64,000 nucleotides of DNA from Akkermansia muciniphila (GCA_945883815.1 CAMCYJ010000002.1:11684-75683), one strand, 5' to 3'; counted from the stretch's first letter, positions 8,469 to 19,302 are shown. Numbers and translations: made by a program. Notes: generated by a model from the letters alone, not told the origin.

Positions 8469-11400
8469 TCAATGGCCGTGCAGGCTAAACCACACCTGCC
8501 CGCGAAATCCGACGTCGTAGCGCAACTCGTACTGCATGGCCGGGCGGGCATCGGCCAGCGTCAGTCGCACGGTTTTTCCGTCCGGCAAGAGCGCCGCTGA
8601 CTTCACCTCAACCTCATCCCGGCCTTCCTTTTTCGGGTCCAACACCGACCACTCCTTGGAGCCGTAGTCTTGCGTGTAGCGGTAGTTCCAGCGGCGCACC
8701 CCGAAGCTGCCCGCATCGGCCGCAGCAGCCAGATCAAGCTTCTCGGCGAAGGTGAACTCCAGAGAGGCCCCGTCTTGTTTCCAGGCCACCGGGCTGTGCA
8801 AGGGCCTGCCCGTCCGCCGCACGCGCTGGACGGCTCCGTCCTTCACAGCACTCGTCTGCCACCCGGTGCTGCCGGCGACATACAGAGAACTGTCTTGGGT
8901 GCGGAAGGTGGCCCGGTTGGGCCCACTCAAGAACTTCACCGGCAACGGGACCACCGCGCCCTGGGCCACCGCCCCGTGCGTGTCGCGCAACACGAGCATC
9001 ATCCCGCAACGTCCCCAAAGCAGGTGCATCATCTGGCCACCCAGTTCTCCCCATTGGCCGGAAGGAATCCACGCCTGCGATCCACTGGAGTTGTCCACCG
9101 TGTGGGGAATCCAGCACAGCGGCCAGTCGCGTCCGAGGGGCGGATTGTGGTCGGCCTTCGGGCCACCGAATCCGTACCAACCGCCTGATTGGGCTTCCAC
9201 GATTTCGCTGGTGGGCGTCCAGGTGCCCTGCTGCGGCGCCACCGTGATGACGCGTCCATCCGGGCTGGCCCCCATGCCATTGGGATTGCGGAAACCCGAG
9301 GCCAAGGTCTGGGCCGACTTGCCATCGGCGGCAACCCGGTGAACGCCTTGCGGATCGGCGTAATAGAATCGGCCCTCCTGATCCACCTCGAGGCAGGTCA
9401 CGTAGTCGTGCCCACCGAGCGAGGTCGCGATGCCGTCATAGAAGGTCGCGTAGAAATCCGTCACACCGTCGTGGTTGAGATCGTCCAGACGCGTGATGCG
9501 GTCCTTGCCCAAGACGTACACCCGATCGCCGCGAACCTTCAGGCCGAGCGGCTGGAACAAGCCTGAGGCCACGCGTTTCCAGTGCAGCGACTGCAATCCC
9601 ACATCGATGCCCGTCACCCGCCAAACATCGCCATGGATGGTGCACACATAGCCCGCACCGTCGGCCGTGAAGTCCACGCCGGAAGCGAAGAGCAGCGCCT
9701 GATAGGGGTTGTCATACGGCAAGGTCAGGGTGTCGACGGCGAACGGCCCCGTCTCCAAGCCCCGTTGGCCTCGGGTGATTTGTTCGGCAGCGTCTGGGGC
9801 GGAGGGAATCGGTTCGACGCGGACCTCCGAAGGCGTTTGGGCCTTGGCCCACCGCTCGAAGGTGGTGCCTTGACCGACCCCGCCACGCCACAACACCGCG
9901 TCCAGACAGATCGCCTCACCCGGCGGAATCCTCATCACGGCGGACCCCTGCGCAATCCCCCCTGGCTCGCGCCGTGTCCCGGCCTCGCACTCGATCCCAC
10001 GGCCGGTCACCACGGCGACCGCCGACAGCGTCCCGGAGTCGATGTTGCGGACCAGGTGGGTGGCCCGGAAAGTGTCGCGGGTGGGCGGACGATCGGGGCC
10101 CGTGGTCTCGATCGATCGGTTCTGGTACGTATCGGCGGTCAACCGGTCGCCATTCATGTGACCAGCAGCCCACCATCGCAACGGAGCGGTCCGGGGGCCG
10201 ACCTCGAGGTGACGAACAAGAGCAGGACCCGCCGGCGTGATGACCCATTCCGGCCGCTCTCGCACCCGAACCCCATCCATCTCCCAGTCCAACACGATGC
10301 CGTCAGACGTGCGGTGCTGTCCGAGAAAGCGTGGCGCCGCGGCCTTCTTCGGGCGAACAGCGTCCGAGGTCCACAGCACGGTTCCCTCCGCAACCGGCGT
10401 CCCGATCAGGCCGAATCGGGTCGCATCGAACTTCAGGAATCCGCCGGACCACACGGCCCGGACCGATCCCTGGGCCAAGTCGTAGAGCACGCTGACCTCG
10501 GGGCCGACCCGCACGGTGAGCCCGCGGACCACCGAGGACCCGTCCGGCAAGCGGACGCTCGAGGCCAGGAACGGACCGATCTCGGCGCGCTGCCACCGGT
10601 TGTCCACCCAGTCCTTCTCGGCCTGGACTCCGGGCTCCCGACCCGAGGCCGGGGGCTCGCCGGCCGACTTGACCGCAGGAGCCGAGGGGGATGTCAGTTT
10701 TTCCAAGCCATCCAACTCCTTGCGCAGCTTCACCTCGGCGTCTTCTTCGGTATGACCGATGATCCCGACGGGTCCCCGCCATCCGCTTGCTTCGACGACC
10801 TTCAACAACCGCTGTTCCTGATCGCCCGTGCCCAGCGGGATGATCTTCTTTCCGAGCTTGTCCCCATCGCGGACCATGCCGTTGAGGTTCAGCGCCAAGA
10901 GGTACGGCTTGAGGATCCCAAACTGCTTCTCGAAGTCGCTCAGGTGGGCGTGGCCGTGATGGAAGTTGTACACGCTCCCGACGTTCGAATGCCCGGACTT
11001 CCGGAGCTGCTCGATGACCCGGACTTGGTTGGCCGGTTCCCCGAACCAACCGAGATGGTTGTACAAAGCGACCGAGCACCCGCGCTTCCGGGCCTCGGCA
11101 CAAATGGGCCCGAGGGATTCGACAGACGCCCGGATCCTCTGCTCCAACACGGTCAGATCGGTCTCGGGCTCGGTGCCCAGGGTCACCCAGAGCTGAGGAT
11201 GGATTCCGGTGCGGTCGATGCAGGCGAGAATAGCCTTGGCCTCGGCATTCAACGCCGCCGGGAACCACCAGGCCGTGATGTCGATGTGGTGCTTCCGCAT
11301 CGCGGCCACTTCGGCGTCAAAGGTGGGAATGTGCTCGGCGCGCCAGTCATAGGCCAAGCGGTGGATTCCCAACCGTTCCAGCATTTCAGCCCGCGCCTCG

Positions 11401-11552
11401 GGCCCCCGTTTTTGGGAGTCGAAGGGCACGATGCACCACGCCACGAGGTTGGTCTTCGAGAAGAGCCCTTCGCTGGGCAAGGCCACGCCCTCCCGGGCAA
11501 GCAGCAAAGACAGGACGCCCAGACTCAATCGCAGCCACGGGGAGAATCGCAT
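8469..11552 (-). CDS. secreted fusion protein: N-terminal xylose-isomerase-like TIM barrel + C-terminal beta-propeller (PVC 'membrane-bound dehydrogenase'-like) domains
   Basis: Signal peptide MRFSPWLRLSLGVLSLLLA. Residues ~30-290 look like a sugar phosphate isomerase/epimerase TIM barrel (YNFHHGHAHL, GIIGHTEED). The C-terminal ~450 aa have propeller-like blades (DLNHDGVTDFYATFYDG, GFRNPNGMGASPDGRV). No CxxCH heme motif is seen. Confidence 0.7.
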   Translation of the reverse strand: MRFSPWLRLSLGVLSLLLAREGVALPSEGLFSKTNLVAWCIVPFDSQKRGPEARAEMLERLGIHRLAYDWRAEHIPTFDAEVAAMRKHHIDITAWWFPAALNAEAKAILACIDRTGIHPQLWVTLGTEPETDLTVLEQRIRASVESLGPICAEARKRGCSVALYNHLGWFGEPANQVRVIEQLRKSGHSNVGSVYNFHHGHAHLSDFEKQFGILKPYLLALNLNGMVRDGDKLGKKIIPLGTGDQEQRLLKVVEASGWRGPVGIIGHTEEDAEVKLRKELDGLEKLTSPSAPAVKSAGEPPASGREPGVQAEKDWVDNRWQRAEIGPFLASSVRLPDGSSVVRGLTVRVGPEVSVLYDLAQGSVRAVWSGGFLKFDATRFGLIGTPVAEGTVLWTSDAVRPKKAAAPRFLGQHRTSDGIVLDWEMDGVRVRERPEWVITPAGPALVRHLEVGPRTAPLRWWAAGHMNGDRLTADTYQNRSIETTGPDRPPTRDTFRATHLVRNIDSGTLSAVAVVTGRGIECEAGTRREPGGIAQGSAVMRIPPGEAICLDAVLWRGGVGQGTTFERWAKAQTPSEVRVEPIPSAPDAAEQITRGQRGLETGPFAVDTLTLPYDNPYQALLFASGVDFTADGAGYVCTIHGDVWRVTGIDVGLQSLHWKRVASGLFQPLGLKVRGDRVYVLGKDRITRLDDLNHDGVTDFYATFYDGIATSLGGHDYVTCLEVDQEGRFYYADPQGVHRVAADGKSAQTLASGFRNPNGMGASPDGRVITVAPQQGTWTPTSEIVEAQSGGWYGFGGPKADHNPPLGRDWPLCWIPHTVDNSSGSQAWIPSGQWGELGGQMMHLLWGRCGMMLVLRDTHGAVAQGAVVPLPVKFLSGPNRATFRTQDSSLYVAGSTGWQTSAVKDGAVQRVRRTGRPLHSPVAWKQDGASLEFTFAEKLDLAAAADAGSFGVRRWNYRYTQDYGSKEWSVLDPKKEGRDEVEVKSAALLPDGKTVRLTLADARPAMQYELRYDVGFRGQVWFSLHGH

Positions 11553-11610
11553 CCCCGAAAGTTACCGAAGTCCGCACTGCAAAGTCACGCCCTGCCAAGC
11601 GCCCGAAAAA

Positions 11611-12600
11611 TCAGGCGGCAGACCCGGACTGAGTCCGTTCGGCGCTAGTCATTTCGGTGATGAGTTGCTCGAACCCGATCTCGGGCTTCCAACCCAGAAT
11701 TGCACGGGCCCGAGAGGCATCTCCCACCAAATTCGTCGGCTCGGCCGGTCGCATGAACCGGGGATCTTGCCGCACGTGCTGTCGCCAATCCAAACCCACC
11801 GAAGCAAAGGCCACTTCCACCACATCCTGGACCGAATGGAGAATTCCGCTGGCGAAGAGATAATCGCGCGGCGTGTCTTGCTGCAGGCTCAGCCACATGC
11901 CCCGCACGTAGTCGCGGGCATCCCCCCAATCGCGCCGCGCGGAGGTGTCACCCAGCGACAACTCCTTCTGGCGGCCATCGCGGATGGCGGCCGCCGCCCG
12001 GCAAATCTTGCGAGTGACAAAGTTCTCACCGCGCCGCGGCGACTCGTGGTTGTAGAGGATGCCGTTCACCGCGTAGAGGCCGTGCGCCTCGCGGTAAATG
12101 CGGACCATTTGTGTGGCGAACACCTTGGCCGCACCGTAGGGACTGACCGGTAAGAACGGCGTGTCTTCATTCTGAGGCGAAACTGCCGGGCGTCCGAACA
12201 TTTCGCTCGAACCGGCATGGAACAAGCGGACTGGCTTAGACAGATCCCGGACCATCTCCAGCAACCGCAACGTCCCCATGGCAGTCATCTCACAGGTGGA
12301 CTCCGGGATGTCGAAACTCAGCCCCACATGGCTTTGGCCGGCCAGATGATACAACTCATCCGGAGCCACTCGCAGCAAGACGCGCCTCAGGGTGGTGGGG
12401 TCGTCCAGGTCCGCGTAGTGGAGGTGCAGCGACTGTCCGTACACCGCAGCGTCGACATAAAGGTGACTCAGGCGGGAGCGCTCCAGAGAACTGGTTCGAC
12501 GCACAACCCCGTGGACTTCGTACCCACGGCCGAGGAGCCATTCCGTCAGGTAGGAACCGTCCTGACCCGTGATGCCGGTGATCAACGCTTTGGGAGGCAT
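11611..12600 (-). CDS. gmd: GDP-mannose 4,6-dehydratase
   Basis: KALITGITGQDGSYLTEWLLGRGYEVHGVVRRTSS (Rossmann GxxGxxG), YGAAKVF catalytic YxxxK, LYNHESPRRGENFVTRKI. Start taken at MPPKALITG (ATG 12600). Confidence 0.92.
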   Translation of the reverse strand: MPPKALITGITGQDGSYLTEWLLGRGYEVHGVVRRTSSLERSRLSHLYVDAAVYGQSLHLHYADLDDPTTLRRVLLRVAPDELYHLAGQSHVGLSFDIPESTCEMTAMGTLRLLEMVRDLSKPVRLFHAGSSEMFGRPAVSPQNEDTPFLPVSPYGAAKVFATQMVRIYREAHGLYAVNGILYNHESPRRGENFVTRKICRAAAAIRDGRQKELSLGDTSARRDWGDARDYVRGMWLSLQQDTPRDYLFASGILHSVQDVVEVAFASVGLDWRQHVRQDPRFMRPAEPTNLVGDASRARAILGWKPEIGFEQLITEMTSAERTQSGSAA

Positions 12601-12722
12601 GACGTGCGAACGGTCCCCAAAAACCCGACGGATCAGCAAGGCTGGACTTACCACAACGCGCCCACGGAGCCTGTCCCTATTTCCGTCATTCTCACGAATG
12701 CGCCAATGGGCGGTGCCGGGTT

Positions 12723-12818
12723 ATGCGGCGTTCCTTCAGAACGCGTCGGTCGCTTGTTTGCCATACCCGGGGTTGCACCCCGGGCTGGTATGCCGTGCCC
12801 CGTTGGGGCACTTCGAAC
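12723..12818 (+). repeat. structured ~96-nt three-hairpin element, copy A (REP/MITE-like or small structured RNA)
   Basis: Hairpins GCGTTC-cttca-GAACGC, CCCGGGG-ttgca-CCCCGGG (extended by CATACC/GGTATG) and GTGCCCC-gtt-GGGGCAC. It is homologous to the reverse complement of 12946-13044. Confidence 0.8.
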
Positions 12819-12945
12819 CGCCTCTCAAAACCTCTAAGGGCCTGTCCCCATCTTCAATTCAATGCCCCATAGAGCCTGTCCCTATCTCCTCCACGGAGCC
12901 TGTCCCTATCTCGACAAACTCATGGCCCACAGAGGCTGTCCCCGT

Positions 12946-13044
12946 GTTCGGTACCGCCCCAACGGGGCGGCGCATACCAGCCCAGGGTGCAACCCTGGGG
13001 TAGGATCGTTGATGAATCGGATGCGTTCTGAAGGAACGCCGCAT
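12946..13044 (-). repeat. structured three-hairpin element, copy B (inverted relative to copy A)
   Basis: The reverse complement reads ATGCGGCGTTCCTTCAGAACGC...CCCAGGG-ttgca-CCCTGGG...CCGCCCC-gtt-GGGGCGG...CGAAC. The first 22 nt are identical to copy A. Stem differences are compensatory. Confidence 0.8.
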
Positions 13045-13154
13045 CACAGGCATGTCGATGGATAATCCTGGTGACACACAGAGCCTGTCCCCATCTCCAG
13101 CTCGCCACCCTTGCCCACCGGACTCGTGGAGTCCACGTTCGCCCCATCGCAGCC

Positions 13155-14629
13155 ATGTTTCGCCTCCTCATCGCCGGATTCCTGACCGCGACCCTTTTAC
13201 GGGCCGCACCGGCAGGGCCGCCGCCCGTCCCGCGAGAATTCCGGGCTATGTGGATCGCCACCGTCGGCAACATTGACTGGCCCAGCAAACCCGGCCTGCC
13301 AGTGGCGACCCAGCAGGCCGAACTGCGCGCCCTGCTCGACACGGCCAAACGCTGGCACCTCAACGCCGTCATCCTACAAATCCGAACGAGCTGCGATGCC
13401 CTCTATGCCTCGCCTCTGGAACCGTGGAGCGAATACCTATCAGGCCGCATGGGAGTGGCACCCTCACCCGCCTGGGACCCCCTCGCCTTCGCCGTCACAG
13501 AGGCCCATTCCCGCGGACTCGAACTGCATGCCTGGCTCAACCCCTTCCGAGCCCGCTACAGCCAAGCCATCTCCCCGGTCGCCGCACAGCATGTGAGCCG
13601 CACGCGGCCGGATCTGGTGGTCCAGTACGGAAAGTTCCTGTGGCTGGATCCGGGCCTCGCCGAGTCCCGCGACCAGACCCTCAAAGTGGTGACCGACGTT
13701 GTCCGCCGCTACGATATCGATGGCATTCACATTGACGACTACTTCTACCCCTACCCCGACAAGACCGGCCCGGGGACCCTAGCCCCCTTCCCCGACGAAC
13801 GCAGTTGGAGCACCTACCAGCGCTCCGGCGGAAAACTCAGTCGACCCGATTGGCGGCGGGAGAACGTCAACACCCTGATCCGAGCCATGAACACCGCAGT
13901 GCACCGGGAAAAGTCCTGGGTGAAGTTCGGCATTAGCCCCTTTGGCATTTGGAAGCCGGGATTTCCCGAGGGCATAAGGGCTTGGACCAACACGAAGTGC
14001 TTTACGCCGACGCCCGCAAGTGGATCCGCGAAGGCATGGCCGACTACTTCGCCCCCCAACTCTATTGGACGGAACGGCAAACCGAGCAGCGCTTCACCCG
14101 ACTCCTGGCATGGTGGGCCTCCGAGAATGTCAGCCACCGTCACCTCTGGCCCGGCATCAACACGGCCGACATCGGCAAGAACCGCACCGCCTCCGAAATC
14201 GTTTGGCAGACCGACCAAATCGGACCCGAAACGCGTTCTTCGGGCGTGATCCACTGGAATGCATCGGCCCTTCGAGAAAACCGAGACGGCGTCGGCACCC
14301 GATTGATCCAAGGTCCGTTCGCGCATCGCGCCCTGGTACCCGCATCACCGTGGTTGGGCTCCCAACCGCCCGAGACTCCTTCCATCGAGGTCGGATACGG
14401 CGGGCGCGGCCCGATCACCATCGACCTCAATGCCGGCAAAACTCGGCTATCGGCTGTGGTGGTTCAAACCCACGGGGAGTGGTCTTGGAAAACCGAGATC
14501 TTCCCCGGCACCACCCGCCGCATCCCGGTGCCCCGGACCTACCGAGGAACGCCGCCCAAAGAAATCCGAGTCCTCACAGTCTCCAGCCCGGGCATTGAAA
14601 GCGCCCCAGCCGTCTGGCGACCCAAATGA
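13155..14629 (+). pseudogene. glycoside-hydrolase-like GHL10 (DUF187, YngK-like) family protein, interrupted by a 1-nt frameshift near 13974-13978
   Basis: Signal peptide MFRLLIAGFLTATLLRA. Family blocks occur in frame 3 (REFRAMWIATVGNIDWPS, LNAVILQIR, HAWLNPFRA, FGISPFGIWKPGFPEGI) and continue in frame 2 (KGLDQHEVLYADARKWIREGMADYFAPQLYW...). Frame 3 after 13977 becomes low-complexity P/S/T/R text. The junction is at GGCATA|AGGGC, where one extra A (ATAAAGGGC) would restore a single frame. Confidence 0.75.
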
Positions 14630-14661
14630 ACGTCTAAACCAAATCCTCCCGCCTGAATCGA

Positions 14662-15446
<785 letters not shown>

Positions 15447-15450
<4 letters not shown>

Positions 15451-18400
15451 GGAGCAGGAGGCTGGGAGACTTCCACCGTTTTCTGAGACGGGGTCAAGGA
15501 AACGCGTTGCTCGGGACGATTCGGCCATCGGACCCGCAGGGCAACGGCTTTGTGGGTGCTGGTCAGGATGCGGGCCGACGCATCCTGCGACCAGTACCCA
15601 CTGCCCGCCCCGACCGTCTGGAGGGGGCCCAGGCTGCCGGATGCATCTTCAAGCCGCAGTTCCGCGCCCACGCCTTCCGGATTCCCGGGGCTTCCTTTCA
15701 GCACCACACGCAGTCCGGGCACCCCTGCTCGGTTCCGGAACAGTCGGGTTGATCCGTGGTTTTGGCTGATGACGACATCGAGTCGGCCGTCGTGGTCGAA
15801 GTCGCCCAGAGCCGCCCCGCGCTGTTCACCAAAAACCCGAATGCCGGACATTTCCGGATCCCACGGAGAAAACGTGCCGTCCCCGCGGCCTCGCAGCACG
15901 AGACCATAGCCACCGTCTTCGCGGGTCAGATCCGAGGCGGTTCCGAAGAAATTCTGGGAACACAGCAGATCCTGAAAACCATCCCCGTCGATGTCTCCAG
16001 CATTCACCGAAAACACCGGCGCCCACTGCGCCTCGGGCGGCAAGGGCACGGCCTCGAATCGGGAACCTCGATTGAGGAACACCATCGACGACAATTCCGA
16101 GGCACTGACCCACGGCGCCGTGGCCACCCCTTGGCGCTTCAGGATTTCTGGGATCGTGGACTGGGAAAACTCGGCATGTGATTTGAACTCCGAAGCCATC
16201 TTCGGAATGCCCTGCGACAACCAAGCCCGATCATGGACTGGCCACCACTCGGAACCCGATCGCCAAGCCTCGAGGATTTGGATCACACCATCCCCGGCCC
16301 AATCGCCGTGGAACAGGCGCAGCTCCGCAGGCCGGTACAATTCATACTGCGAATTGCGCCCCCAATTCCCGCAGGCCAAGTCCGGAAGTCCGTCGCCATT
16401 GAAATCGCCGGTGGTCACGCCAGTCCACAAGCCCGGCTTGTTCGATAACCCCCATGCCTCGGTGGCATCGCGAAAAACTTCTCCGTCATTAATGAAGATC
16501 CGAATCGGCCCCCATTCGGTGGCCACCACCAAATCGGCATCGCCATCGCGGTCCAAGTCGACCGCGCAGGCTCCGGTGGCCATGCCCAACGACTCGAACG
16601 CCGCACTGCGGCGTGGATCCACCACCAGTCGACCTTTGTCGTTCAGCCACCACTGCGATGGGACCGCTTCAGGATAACGGGAAGCTCGGCTGCGGCCACC
16701 CACCCAGACATCGAGATCTCCGTCGCCATCCACATCCGCACTGACCAATGCTCCAATGGCCTGGGTTCCGGCTGGAAGGATCTCCGGCTGCAACCCCGCG
16801 AGTGAATGCATCTCCACCTGAGAGACCGATCCAGCAGGCCGTTCCCCATTGGACACCGAGACCAACACACGACGCCCTCCCAAACCATCGGGCCATCCCA
16901 GGACAGCCCCTTGATCGGCGCTGGCCAACAGCCGATTCGTGACAGCGCTCCAAGCCTGTCCCTGCAAATTGCGGTAAATCGCCAAAGCCCCGCCTCGCCC
17001 GCCGGCCACGAGCAGTTCCTCCCATCCATCGCCGTCGAGGTCATACCAACTCACGCCCGGGCCCAGACGGCTCAGACGTCGCGGCAAAGTCGGCTGCCGG
17101 GCCCAGTCGTCGAAGTCTTCGTCCGCATGCACATGATTCAAGGCCATGGTCTGGTCCTCGAACCAGGGTGTCGGAACCACCGGAGTCGGCACCAGAACCG
17201 GAGCGCCCTCGGCAGGTTCCGCCACTTCGTAGACGCGATTGCCCTCGATTCCTTCCAGCACGGTTTCCCGACCGCTCCGCCAACGCACCTTGAGGCGCGC
17301 GCCGGCATCGGCCCCGGCGTCGAAGGCAAAAACCCTCAACGGTTCATCGGCCGACAAATACCGACCGCCGGCGATCATCTCCTGAGCTTGGATCATTCGC
17401 GGCGAGATCAACGAAATCCGCGCGCCAATACCCTGCGTATTGGGAGCCTGTCCCCGCAATCGGACCGCCACCCGCGATCCAGAGCCCGTGTTTTGATAAA
17501 TCGTGGCCGGCGCGTTCAGATTGTTGAGCACCAGATCGATGTCGCCATCGTTGTCCAAATCGCCGGCGGCCATGCCGTAGGAAATTCCCTCGAGATCAAA
17601 CTTCCAGTCGGCACCGGCCGGCTCGAATTGACCATTGCCCCGGTTGCGGAAGGCCGCATTGCGCGTGCGCCAGCGGGGGTGCAGTTGCATGGAACGTTTG
17701 AGCTGATTCTCGGTCAGGCGGCGACCGGAGTCCTTGATCTCCGAATGGCTGTCCTGATCCATCACGTCGAATTCGAAACCGTTGGTGAGCAGAAGGTCTT
17801 CGTCACCGTCGAGGTCCACATCGAGGAACAAGGTGGACCAGGTCCAGTCGGAAGCGGCCAAACCCGACATCCAGGCCACCTCGGTGTAGTAGCCACCGGG
17901 CCGGCCCAGGAAGAGGGTGTTGCGGTTGAACTGGGGACGGCCCTCGGACAGTTCCAGCTCGGCCAAGGTGGGGCGATCCCGGACCAACTGGGTCATCCGG
18001 GACCGGTGTTCCCGAGCCAGCATGTCCACCACGAAGAAGTCGTCGTAACCGTCCCGATTGATGTCGGCAAAATCGACACCCATGGCCGAGCGGCTGGTGT
18101 GGCGCAATTTCACCGTGTCCAACTCCCGGAACTGACCCCGACCCTGATTGATCCAGATGCGATCGGGAGACGTGTTGTCATTGCAGACATACAAATCCGG
18201 AGCTCCATCGCCATTGATATCGCGGAACATCACCGCCAGACCCCAATCCCGATAGGGCGGTATCGGCTTACCCTGTGCATCCGAAAACGTGCCGGGCTCG
18301 TTCTCGATGGCCCGGAACCGGCCTTGCCCCTCATTGAGGTACAACCCGTGCACCTCCGGCAACTCGCGCACCTTGCCGTCGGGCAGCGCCTCGAAGCGCC

Positions 18401-19172
18401 CCTTCCATTTGGCGGAGCGGGTCGATTCGCCGTTGATCTTGGAAACCTCCCAACCATCGCCCTTGCGAGTCAGGGCGAACCGGGTGGTGGGGTCGGCCAA
18501 CCGCATCACGTCGATGAAGTGCGTGCAGTACAAATCCAAATCGCCATCGCCATCGATGTCGGCCAGCGCCATCGAGGTCGCCGAGGCCGTCGGGGACAGG
18601 CCAGAATCCTTCTTTTCAGCAAAGGCACCGCGGCCGTCATTGAGGAAAAGCCGGGTTCCCACGCCGATGCCATTGACCAACAAGTCGAGATCCCGGTCGC
18701 CATCGACATCCACCAGTGCGGCCGCGGTGGAGCGCTGGTCGGCACAAGCGATCTCGGGCAAGTCCATGGCTTCAAAACGCCACTGACCCCGATTGCGGAA
18801 CAACCGATTCGGCCCCTCCAAATTGCACAAATACACATCGGCCCAACCGTCGCCATCCACATCGCCAATGGCCACGCCGGCCCCGTTGTGGGCCACGGCA
18901 TTGGTCAGGTACAGGTCGCCCGTCATCGCGTTGGTGAAGACGAGCCCAATCTCCTGAGGAACCATTGAACGGAACCCCACAGGACCATCCGAGGACGGAG
19001 AAAACTTGCGAACCGAGGTGACGAGCGCCCCAGTCTTGGGCGGCAGGTCGGCAGCGAATCCATCAGCCCCATAGAAAAGCAATCCAACAAGGAATGCCCA
19101 CACCGGCAACAGGACGGCATCGACGACCCCCTGGCCGCTCACCGGAAACGTTTCTGGATTGAACCGTCGCAT
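15447..19172 (-). CDS. FG-GAP/VCBS repeat + ASPIC/UnbV protein (CRTAC1 family), double-module, 1,241 aa
   Basis: Many Ca-binding FG-GAP loops (GDVDGDGWADVY, VDVDGDRDLDLL, ADIDGDGDLDLY, DLDNDGDIDLV...). There are two UnbV/ASPIC-like modules (RGIGARISLISPRMIQAQEMIAGGRYLSADE and GVGAELRLEDASGSLGPLQTVGAGSGYWSQD). The N-terminus is hydrophobic. Confidence 0.85.
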
Positions 19173-19268
19173 GCTTTGGAATTGCGACCAATTTGCCTTG
19201 GAACGCTGGAATTGACCACTGCCGGAACGTCAAGAAAACCGGGAAGTGCGCCCTGCCGGGCGCACCAT

Positions 19269-19302
19269 AAAAAAGAGGGGCTGGTCCGAAGACCAACCCC
19301 TC
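19269..19302 (-). terminator. rho-independent terminator after the CBM9-repeat gene
   Basis: On the minus strand: GAGGGGTTGGTC-ttcg-GACCAGCCCCTC followed by TTTTTTAT, 36 nt after the stop at 19338. A second hairpin GTGCGCCC-ggca-GGGCGCAC follows. Confidence 0.75.

Larger units (their letters stand above)
12664..13101 (+). repeat. six dispersed same-strand copies of a ~17-20-nt motif, consensus (C)AYRGAGCCTGTCCCYATCTC
   Basis: The CTGTCCC cores lie at 12671, 12842, 12876, 12900, 12936 and 13085. Full copies include ACGGAGCCTGTCCCTATTTCC, GGGCCTGTCCCCATCTTC, ATAGAGCCTGTCCCTATCTCC, ACGGAGCCTGTCCCTATCTCG, ACAGAGGCTGTCCCCGTGTTC and ACAGAGCCTGTCCCCATCTCC. Confidence 0.85.

Noticed and set aside
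9582-11648. 688-aa plus-strand ORF
   Set aside because: It is antisense to the TIM-barrel/propeller gene (8469..11552) and to the 3' end of gmd. The text is Arg/Gly/Pro-rich with no motifs, and it crosses an intergenic gap of the real genes.
12664-13101. Possible CRISPR array (six copies of a short repeat); also the 36-bp tandem repeat at 49.8-50.0 kb
   Set aside because: The repeats are only 17-20 nt, imperfect, and irregularly spaced (24 to 171 nt). Structured inverted elements lie between them and no cas genes are present. The 49.8-kb repeat is head-to-tail without spacers and is coding.
13974-13980. Programmed -1 ribosomal frameshift in the GHL10-family gene
   Set aside because: There is no X_XXY_YYZ slippery heptamer and no obvious downstream stimulatory structure. 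A 1-nt indel, whether mutation or sequencing error, is the simpler explanation.
16806-18968. 720-aa plus-strand ORF (similarly 15991..16677 and 45089..46672, 41673..42218, 42300..42905)
   Set aside because: These are antisense to the FG-GAP/UnbV genes. The mirrored DxDxDG repeats give recurring I.V.I.I-type text with no independent domain evidence.
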